A program made the position numbers and the translations under genes. DNA of 64,000 nucleotides from Patescibacteria group bacterium (GTDB taxonomy: Bacteria > Patescibacteriota > Minisyncoccia > Moranbacterales > UBA2206): NCBI GenBank assembly GCA_030837625.1, contig JAUPKF010000002.1:168-64167 (forward strand). Reading direction: 5' to 3'. Below the pieces are notes generated by a model that saw nothing but the letters and a program-made list of their open reading frames with translations, ran no database searches and was not told the DNA's origin. Shown here one piece after another: positions 57,461 to 64,000 of this stretch (positions are counted from its first letter, which is position 1; each line of letters starts with the position of its first letter).

Positions 57461-57850
57461 ATGCTATTCAACGTCCCACAATTCATCGACATCGAAGACA
57501 AAATCGTCGGCCCGCTGACCGCCAAACAGCTGGGCTGGTTGGGATTGGCCGGAGTGATTCTTCTGATTCTCTGGAATTTTCTCGACACTCAAGCGATGAT
57601 CATCGCCGCCGTTGTCGTCGGCGGAGTTTTCGGCGCGCTGGCGTTCTACCGCCCGTACAACCAATCTCTCATCCAATTTATTTTTTCCTCATTCCTCTTC
57701 GCCACCCGCCCCAAAATCTATATCTGGCGGAGATTCTATGATAGTATGAATACAGAAAAGAAAACCGACAAAAAAATTGAAATCGTTAAGGAAAGAAAAA
57801 AGTTGAACAGGGAGAAGATAGGAGAAATAGCGAAGAGACTGAATTCTTAA
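57461..57850 (+). CDS. PrgI/VirB3-like small membrane protein
   Basis: N-terminal VPQFIDIEDKIVGPLTAKQLGWLGLAGV, matching the PrgI-family signature; two TMs. Confidence 0.6.
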   Translation: MLFNVPQFIDIEDKIVGPLTAKQLGWLGLAGVILLILWNFLDTQAMIIAAVVVGGVFGALAFYRPYNQSLIQFIFSSFLFATRPKIYIWRRFYDSMNTEKKTDKKIEIVKERKKLNREKIGEIAKRLNS

Positions 57851-57888
57851 CCCGATTCGAATCTACGAATGAATCCGAATTCACGAAT
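57851..57888. repeat. REP/MITE left-half element
   Basis: cccgattcgaatctacgaatgaatccgaattcacgaat, starting at the stop codon; contains the atgaatccgaat used as the start of the next ORF. Confidence 0.65.
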
Positions 57889-58270
57889 AATAAAAACAAG
57901 CATAAATGTTTTATATCCGGAACTATCTTACACTATAAACGGGATTTGTTTTAATGTGCATAATAAATTAGGAAGGTTTTGCAGAGAAGTTCAATACGCC
58001 GATGAATTGGAAGCGGAACTTATCAAGAAAAAAATTCCCTATAAAAGAGAATCCAGAATATTAAAACAAGATAAATTTACTCGGAACATAATCGACTTTA
58101 TTGTAAACGACTGCATAATACTGGAACTCAAGGCAAAAAGCATTATAACAAAAGATGATTATTATCAAGCAAAGAGATACCTGATCTCATCCAATAAACA
58201 ACTGTGTCTTATTGTCAACTTCAGAGATACCTACTTAAAGCCTAAAAGAATTTTGCATAATAATTCGTAA
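57869..58270 (+). CDS. GxxExxY-family protein (PD-(D/E)XK-like)
   Basis: LSYTINGICFNVHNKLGRFCREVQYADELEAEL...IIDFIVNDCIILELKAKS...YYQAKRYLISSNKQLCLIVNF matches the GxxExxY family; the N-terminal MNPNSR is repeat-derived. Confidence 0.65.
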   Translation: MNPNSRIIKTSINVLYPELSYTINGICFNVHNKLGRFCREVQYADELEAELIKKKIPYKRESRILKQDKFTRNIIDFIVNDCIILELKAKSIITKDDYYQAKRYLISSNKQLCLIVNFRDTYLKPKRILHNNS

Positions 58271-58307
58271 ATTCGCAGATTCGCATACATTCGTAGATTC
58301 GAATCGG
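58264..58307. repeat. REP/MITE right-half element
   Basis: ttcgtaaattcgcagattcgcatacattcgtagattcgaatcgg. Confidence 0.65.
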
Positions 58308-58311
58308 TATT

Positions 58312-59001
58312 ATGGAGACTCTACATTCCTCACAACTAGCCAACAAAGCCACGACCACCGCCACCCAAAAGTATCTCGACGTTGCGGAAGTTAAGGAAGA
58401 CGTGGTGGTTTTGAAATCCGGATCTATTCGGGCGATTTTAGCCGTATCGGCTATCAATTTCGAGCTCAAATCCACCGAGGAACAGGAAGCGATTATCGGG
58501 CAATACCAGAACTTTCTCAATTCCATCGATTTTCCCTTGCAAATCCTCATCAGCTCCCGGCGGCTCAATATGGAAAATTATTTGAGTTTCCTAACCGATA
58601 AAGAAAAGCAGCAGCCCAACGAGCTTTTGCGGATGCAAATCGCCGAATACAAAAACTTCATCGACCAGCTCGTCAGCGTTTCCAACATAATGGACAAGAA
58701 TTTCTACATCATCGTTCCTTTTTCGCCGATTGAAAACAAAGACAAGGGATTCTTCTCCAAAGTTTCCAGTATGCTAAACCCCAAAAGAGAAATTATGGAA
58801 AAAAGAGAAAGTTTTGAAATGATGAAAAGCCAGCTATACCAAAGAGTCGACCACATCATCGCCGGACTGGCCGGCATTGGTCTTCGCATAATTCCGCTCA
58901 AAACCGAAGAACTGATCGAACTGCTGTTCAACTCCTACAACCCCAGCGTGTACAATTCAGTGGAATTGAAGGAAGTAAGCAAGCTGGAGCTACTGAAATA
59001 A
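58312..59001 (+). CDS. virB4: VirB4/TrbE N-terminal domain, encoded as a separate ORF
   Basis: YLDVAEVKEDVVVLKSGSIRAILAVSAINFELKSTEEQEAIIGQYQNFLNSIDFPLQILI fits the conserved VirB4 N-terminal pattern; 229 + 604 aa together match full-length VirB4. Confidence 0.6.
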   Translation: METLHSSQLANKATTTATQKYLDVAEVKEDVVVLKSGSIRAILAVSAINFELKSTEEQEAIIGQYQNFLNSIDFPLQILISSRRLNMENYLSFLTDKEKQQPNELLRMQIAEYKNFIDQLVSVSNIMDKNFYIIVPFSPIENKDKGFFSKVSSMLNPKREIMEKRESFEMMKSQLYQRVDHIIAGLAGIGLRIIPLKTEELIELLFNSYNPSVYNSVELKEVSKLELLK

Positions 59002-59152
59002 CCCGATTCGAATCTACGAATGAATCCGAATTCACGTATCCGAATAGCCTGCTACGAATAGGCACATTCGAATGGGCGCATTCGTAGCGCGCTATTCGGA
59101 TGCTTTCATTCGTAAATTCGCAGATTCGCATACATTCGTAGATTCGAATCGG
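59002..59152. mobile_element. full-length REP/MITE, about 150 bp, separating the two VirB4 ORFs
   Basis: cccgattcgaatctacgaatgaatccgaattcacg...internal palindrome ccgaatagcctgctacgaataggcacattcgaatgggcgcattcgtagcgcgctattcgg...cattcgtaaattcgcagattcgcatacattcgtagattcgaatcgg. Confidence 0.75.
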
Positions 59153-59159
59153 CTAAATT

Positions 59160-60974
59160 ATGTTTAATCTATTCAAAAAACAAAATACCGCCGAGAATCT
59201 GGATGAAATCATCGCTTCTGAGAAATTCTATCAAGAGGGCGTGGCGCGCCTCAATGATTTGATCGCGCCCGCGGCCATCAAAATCACGCCGCGCCACATC
59301 CGCGTGGGCGAAACCTTGGCGGAAACGATATTCATCATCACTTACCCCCGCTACCTCCACAGCAACTGGTTTTCTCCGATCATAAACATCGACATGCCGA
59401 TTGATATTTCAATGTTTATCCATCCCATCGAAACCTATGATATCTTGAAGACTCTTCGCAAAAACGCCACCCGGGTGGAATCCCAAGTCCATATCGAACA
59501 GGAGAAAGGACTTATCCGCGATCCGGCTTTGGAAACAGCTATGCAAGACATTGATGAACTGCGCGACAAGCTCCAGCAAGGAACGGAAAAGTTTTTCCGC
59601 TACGGCCTCTATATCACCGCTTACGGCGAGACGGAAAAAGAACTCAACGAACTGGTTCGCAGCATTGAAGCCATTTTGGAAGCGCAGTTGGTTTACGTGA
59701 AACCGGCTATTTTCAAAGCCGAACAAGGCTACAATTCTTCTTTGCCTTTAGCCAACGACGAACTGGACATCGGCACCAGCATGAACAGCGCGCCGCTTTC
59801 CACCACCTTTCCTTTCGTTTCCTCAACCTTGTCTTCCAACACCGGCATCCTCTACGGTGTCAACCGCCACAACAACAGTTTGGTCATCTTTGACCGCTTC
59901 AGCATGGAAAACGCCAATATGGTCATTTTCGCCAAGTCCGGCGCCGGAAAAAGCTATACTGTGAAATTGGAAGTTTTGCGTTCGATGATGCTGGGCACGG
60001 ACGTCGTCATCATCGACCCGGAAAACGAATACAAGCATCTCTGTGAAACTGTCGGTGGAAACTTCGTAAAAATCTCTTTGAATTCCAAAAATCATCTCAA
60101 TCCGTTCGATCTGCCGAAAGTGGCCGAAGATGAAGATCCGGCCGACATTCTCCGAAACAACATTGCTTCACTTTTGGGACTTTTGCACATAATGCTCGGC
60201 AATATCACGCCGGAAGAAGATTCGGTACTCGACCGCGCCATCCGGGAAACTTACGACGCCCGCGACATCACAGCGCAGTCCAATTTGAATATGCTCACGC
60301 CGGAATCCTTTCCCACGATGACTGACCTTTACCAAATTCTCCGCAGTCTGGAAGGCGGAGAAAACTTGGCCATCCGCTTGGAAAAATATACTGAAGGAAT
60401 TTTCGCCGGATTTCTCAACAACACCACCAACATCAAATCCGACAATCAGCTGACGGTTTTCAACATCCGCGATATGGAAGAAGAACTGCGCCCGGTGGCG
60501 ATGTATACCGTCATGCAGTTCATCTGGAACGAAATGCGGACCAACCTGAAAAAAAGATTGGTACTGGTGGACGAAGCCTGGGTAATGATGAAATATGAAG
60601 ACGCCGCTTCCTTTATGTTTGGAATTGCGAAAAGGTGTCGAAAATATTATACTGGACTTACCACCGTCACCCAGGACGTGAATGATTTTTTGAGCTCGCG
60701 CTACGGCAAAGCCATCGTAACCAACTCCTCCATCCAACTGCTTCTCAGACAATCTCCGGCCGGCATCGACGTTATCTCGGAAACATTTTATCTGACCGAT
60801 CAGGAAAAGTTTTTGCTTTTGGAATCCAACGTCGGAGAAGGAATATTTTTCGCCGGCACCAAGCACGTCGCCATCCGCGTGGAAGCATCGTACTCTGAAG
60901 ACCAAATCATCACCACCGACCCCGCCCAGCTTTTGGAAATTGAGAGGGCCAAGAAGGAGTTTGAGGAAGAATAA
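59160..60974 (+). CDS. virB4: VirB4/TraC-type conjugative ATPase (ATPase domain)
   Basis: Walker A FAKSGAGKSYT, Walker B LVLVDEAWVMM, TTVTQDVNDF motif. Confidence 0.8.
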   Translation: MFNLFKKQNTAENLDEIIASEKFYQEGVARLNDLIAPAAIKITPRHIRVGETLAETIFIITYPRYLHSNWFSPIINIDMPIDISMFIHPIETYDILKTLRKNATRVESQVHIEQEKGLIRDPALETAMQDIDELRDKLQQGTEKFFRYGLYITAYGETEKELNELVRSIEAILEAQLVYVKPAIFKAEQGYNSSLPLANDELDIGTSMNSAPLSTTFPFVSSTLSSNTGILYGVNRHNNSLVIFDRFSMENANMVIFAKSGAGKSYTVKLEVLRSMMLGTDVVIIDPENEYKHLCETVGGNFVKISLNSKNHLNPFDLPKVAEDEDPADILRNNIASLLGLLHIMLGNITPEEDSVLDRAIRETYDARDITAQSNLNMLTPESFPTMTDLYQILRSLEGGENLAIRLEKYTEGIFAGFLNNTTNIKSDNQLTVFNIRDMEEELRPVAMYTVMQFIWNEMRTNLKKRLVLVDEAWVMMKYEDAASFMFGIAKRCRKYYTGLTTVTQDVNDFLSSRYGKAIVTNSSIQLLLRQSPAGIDVISETFYLTDQEKFLLLESNVGEGIFFAGTKHVAIRVEASYSEDQIITTDPAQLLEIERAKKEFEEE

Positions 60975-60977
60975 AAC

Positions 60978-61106
60978 CCGATTCGAATCTACGAATGAAT
61001 CCGAATTCACGAATAAAGGCATCCGAATAGCACACTACAAATGTGCCCATCCGAATAACTTCATTCGTGAATTCGTAGATTCGCATACATTCGTAGATTC
61101 GAATCG
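60978..61106. mobile_element. full-length REP/MITE
   Basis: cccgattcgaatctacgaatgaatccgaattcacgaat...catccgaatagcacactacaaatgtgcccatccgaata...attcgtgaattcgtagattcgcatacattcgtagattcgaatcgg. Confidence 0.75.
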
Positions 61107-61115
61107 GATAACGAA

Positions 61116-61688
61116 GTGCTATACGATTACCAAAAACAACAAGCGCTGGAAGAGGCGAGGAGGAGAGATAAAGAGAAAAAAGCCAGAGAAACACTGAAAA
61201 AATACAATGCTGGAAAAAATAAAGGACAGGCAAAAAACGTAACTCAAGACGTTAAAAACAACGCTGAAGCCATAAAGAAAGCTATGACACCGCTGGGATT
61301 CCTCTCGCTTCTTTTCCAAATAAGTATTTTTTCCGATTGGATGTATGGACTGGCTATTTTCGCCGCCGTTCTCAAAGACATCATCGATTTCACCGGACTC
61401 GGCTCACTCCCGGGAATCGGCACTGTCATCACTTTTTGCATATCGATTTTCATCGGCTTTATGATGCTCCTGGGGAGCTTTACGAACGGCGCAGGGAGAA
61501 GACACCAAAAGATTATCAAAAGCTGGTTGATCCTGCTTGGCGGGACAACGATCGAAATGCTTTTTGGCCTAAATTTTCTGCCCGTAGAAACCCTGACTGT
61601 TTTATCCGTTTATGTCTTATATTTAGCCGGCAAGAAACAAGCCCGGGAAGAAAATAAAAGAACATCCGCGCAAGAAAGCTACGCGTGA
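61116..61688 (+). CDS. hypothetical membrane protein (190 aa), member of the secretion-like cluster
   Basis: charged N-terminus followed by 4 TMs. Confidence 0.5.
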   Translation: MLYDYQKQQALEEARRRDKEKKARETLKKYNAGKNKGQAKNVTQDVKNNAEAIKKAMTPLGFLSLLFQISIFSDWMYGLAIFAAVLKDIIDFTGLGSLPGIGTVITFCISIFIGFMMLLGSFTNGAGRRHQKIIKSWLILLGGTTIEMLFGLNFLPVETLTVLSVYVLYLAGKKQAREENKRTSAQESYA

Positions 61689-61693
61689 TAAAA

Positions 61694-61791
61694 CCCGATT
61701 CGAATCAACGAATATATGCAAATCTACAAATACTTCCCTTGTTATTATTTGTAGATTCGTGAATTCGAATTCATTCGTGGATTCGAATCGG
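61694..61791. mobile_element. REP/MITE copy
   Basis: cccgattcgaatcaacgaat...tgtagattcgtgaattcgaattcattcgtggattcgaatcgg. Confidence 0.7.
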
Positions 61792-61802
61792 AATTAGAAG
61801 TT

Positions 61803-62456
61803 ATGTTTATTCTCTCAAAAACATTAATTCAAAACAAAGAATTTCTGACAACCCTGGCGGTGATTTCGGTTTGCCTGGTTTTGCTATTGGCTTTTCCGGC
61901 CGAAAACTCCGCCCAAAACATTACCAAAAGTTTTTTCTTTCTGGTTTTGCTTCCGGCGCTATACATAAAATTTATTCTCAAAAAAAACTTGGCTGAATAC
62001 GGATTAAACGTAAACAATAAAAAGCGCGGAATCGTTTGGGGAGCTTTCGGACTGGCTTTCTCGCTGGCAATCTTTTATTCTCTGGCCAATTACACAAGCC
62101 TCTCCTCCAATTATATTCTGCCCGCTTACGCCATAAGCGATTTCCGTTTTTTCCTGCTGTACGAACTCACTTTCGTTCTTTTCTTTCTTTTTATTAACGA
62201 ATTTTTTTGGCGGGGATTTGTCCTGTTCAGCTTGTCGGAAAAACTTTTTTGGCTGTCCGTGCCGACACAAGCGCTGATTTACCTCACTTTGGCCGCAATC
62301 ACCAAAACTTCCCTCTGGCAGTTGGCACCCTATTTCATATTGTCAGTCACCAGTGGGATTGTCGCCTATAAGACCAAATCGATTGCTTTTTCTTTTGCCG
62401 CTGGAATGTTATTTTTCATAATTTCCGACAGCTACATAGTTTATTCTCTAAAATAA
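61803..62456 (+). CDS. CPBP-family intramembrane glutamic endopeptidase (CAAX protease-like)
   Basis: EExxxR-type motif (INEFFWRGFVLFSL) and a multi-TM topology. Confidence 0.65.
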   Translation: MFILSKTLIQNKEFLTTLAVISVCLVLLLAFPAENSAQNITKSFFFLVLLPALYIKFILKKNLAEYGLNVNNKKRGIVWGAFGLAFSLAIFYSLANYTSLSSNYILPAYAISDFRFFLLYELTFVLFFLFINEFFWRGFVLFSLSEKLFWLSVPTQALIYLTLAAITKTSLWQLAPYFILSVTSGIVAYKTKSIAFSFAAGMLFFIISDSYIVYSLK

Positions 62457-62457
62457 A

Positions 62458-64000
62458 ATGTCAAAACTAAACAAAAAACTCGCGTCAATCTTTATTCTGA
62501 TTTCACTGCTATTTTTTTCCGCAATACCCGGCGCGTCAGCCTTTGGCGACTTGGCCGATATTAGCGCGCCGAGCGCGATGAATGACGTTATGAGTGATCT
62601 GGGCGTTGACAAGGACGAATTGAAATACCACATCCAAACTTTCAATGTTTCCCGCCGAAAAAAACAACAGCCGCAGGTCCAGATCAATTTTGATCCCGCC
62701 AATCCCGCCCCGGGCAGAAAAGTCACCGCGGTCGCCACTCCTCTCTATTTTATGAACGATTCGGAAGATTTGTATTTCACCTGGTACCTAAAACCGGCCA
62801 TTTGCCCAGACGAAAGAGAACCTAATGTCACGGGTGAAAAAAAAGAAAAATGCGACCTGAACGGCGACGGCGACGCCACCATCGAGGACTACAAGATAAA
62901 GGCGATGCGGACTTTGGCTAACAATGATTTTGAATGGGAAAAAGAAAGCTATTCCAGCGACTCCGACGGCGACGGCTATAAGGCTATTTGGGGAGGCGAC
63001 GATCAGGGAGGGAAAGAGGAATATTGCTTTATTCATAATATAGACTCAGGCGATGAATATGAAATCGAGTGCGACCAGCATCTTTTCCCCAATATGGATT
63101 CGGACAGCGACATTGAGGCGGGCGACGGATCTTTCGGCGTAAGCGAGGAAGAATTTTGGCGCACCAATCCTCACGACCCGGACACGGCCGACACGGGAAA
63201 CGGCGACGAAGCCAATGTTATCGGACTTGGAATGACTTCTTTTTCCTGGTTTTATGAAGCCGGCGATGAAATCGGCGTAGTTGTTGAAGGCGTTTCCGTC
63301 GAACCGACCCAAGAAGAAGATTCCTCTTATCGCACGATGTGGGCGCTGGTCAACAATAAATGCGAAACAGGCGGAGATGACACTGATTATCCAAAAACAG
63401 ACATAACCGGTCCGACCACCGAAGATGCCGGGGACTGCGTTGACGGATTTGGGACAAAGACGGGGGATACTAACAGACAAACGACGATTGAAAAAGAAGA
63501 ATTCATCGTATCCAACGCCGCCAACATCGCCACCATACGAACAAAATACACCACCACAGTGAGAACCGACGCCGATTGCGACGGACAATATTCCGCTGGC
63601 GAAACTGTCGTCACGATTACAGCATCTTGCCCCGGCGGCGATCTTGATAACGGAGATGCTCATCCCGATATAAATGGCGCTACTTGCAGCGGCATAGATG
63701 TGCCCGAAAATCTCGGCGGCGAATTTACTTCCGAAGACATAAAAAAGGCCTCCGATATCAACGGCTGTTTGTATAGCAACTTGATTGATCCGATGGACGG
63801 CGGAGGGATCGCGGAAAAAATGGAAGTTAATCTATCCTACTTGCCGGAATTTCCCATCAATGACACCAGCGACAACAAAGACGGCGACCAGCTGGTTGTC
63901 CACTCCACCGTGACCAATGCTATGAATACTGGCTATCTGAACTACAAATGGGAAGTATTTGAAAACGACGAACCCAACCCGGATTCCTGGGGAGACGCTA
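62458..64000 (+). CDS. large secreted Asp/Gly-rich (Ca-binding-like, DGDG/DSDSD repeat) protein, 5' partial (runs off the window)
   Basis: signal peptide ...AIPGASAFG; open frame to the window end; repeated DxDxDG, DSDGDG and Cys pairs. Confidence 0.6.
   Translation, partial: MSKLNKKLASIFILISLLFFSAIPGASAFGDLADISAPSAMNDVMSDLGVDKDELKYHIQTFNVSRRKKQQPQVQINFDPANPAPGRKVTAVATPLYFMNDSEDLYFTWYLKPAICPDEREPNVTGEKKEKCDLNGDGDATIEDYKIKAMRTLANNDFEWEKESYSSDSDGDGYKAIWGGDDQGGKEEYCFIHNIDSGDEYEIECDQHLFPNMDSDSDIEAGDGSFGVSEEEFWRTNPHDPDTADTGNGDEANVIGLGMTSFSWFYEAGDEIGVVVEGVSVEPTQEEDSSYRTMWALVNNKCETGGDDTDYPKTDITGPTTEDAGDCVDGFGTKTGDTNRQTTIEKEEFIVSNAANIATIRTKYTTTVRTDADCDGQYSAGETVVTITASCPGGDLDNGDAHPDINGATCSGIDVPENLGGEFTSEDIKKASDINGCLYSNLIDPMDGGGIAEKMEVNLSYLPEFPINDTSDNKDGDQLVVHSTVTNAMNTGYLNYKWEVFENDEPNPDSWGDA

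Noticed and set aside
58242-58568. 108-aa minus-strand ORF containing FVDSNR
   Set aside because: The ORF is generated by read-through of a REP/MITE copy. It lies opposite the GxxExxY and VirB4 N-domain genes.

Overview
The window reads as an AT-rich, small-genome bacterial chromosome segment, with the gene content and organisation typical of Candidate Phyla Radiation (Parcubacteria-like) genomes. It carries roughly 60 coding genes. Housekeeping genes include rplS, folD, fhs, cca, gyrA, pyrF/pyrE, rpsA, gmk, tilS, ftsH, uvrD/pcrA, rpsO-pnp, lspA, comM, ksgA. Several TrmB-like regulators are present. At the 3' end (about 52.4-62.5 kb) there is a type IV secretion/conjugation-like module: a VirB6/TrbL-like polytopic protein, a PrgI/VirB3-like protein, and a VirB4 ATPase split into two ORFs. 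It is followed by a CPBP protease and a large Asp-rich secreted protein that runs off the window. Twelve tRNA genes were read by hand. One, tRNA-Met(CAT) at 28166-28458, is interrupted by a 221-nt group I intron in the anticodon loop and lies next to a Xer-type integrase. Each of the three tRNA-Val genes sits beside or nested inside a partial tRNA-Val-like copy that carries a D-loop insertion. The most striking property is heavy colonisation by several short repeat (MITE/REP-like) families with terminal inverted repeats: (i) 'ccgattcgaatctacgaatg...' palindromic elements sit exactly at the stop codons of the secretion-module genes and occur in-frame inside uvrD and ksgA, where they translate as 'FVDSNR'. 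(ii) 'tttacgaactacctgcccgaaatgcttcga' elements and 'tgttccacgtggaaca' palindromic footprints occur six times in-frame inside one O-antigen-ligase-like gene. (iii) 'ggaatttgtaattttggattttgaattt' low-complexity repeats occur inside cca, uvrD, lspA and ksgA. (iv) Inversely oriented 'ttcacctaatt' palindromic copies bracket a 16-kb segment. No rRNA or CRISPR arrays were found. Coordinates of tRNAs and repeats were derived by hand and may be off by a few nt. Protein functions are inferred from recognisable motifs in the supplied translations.
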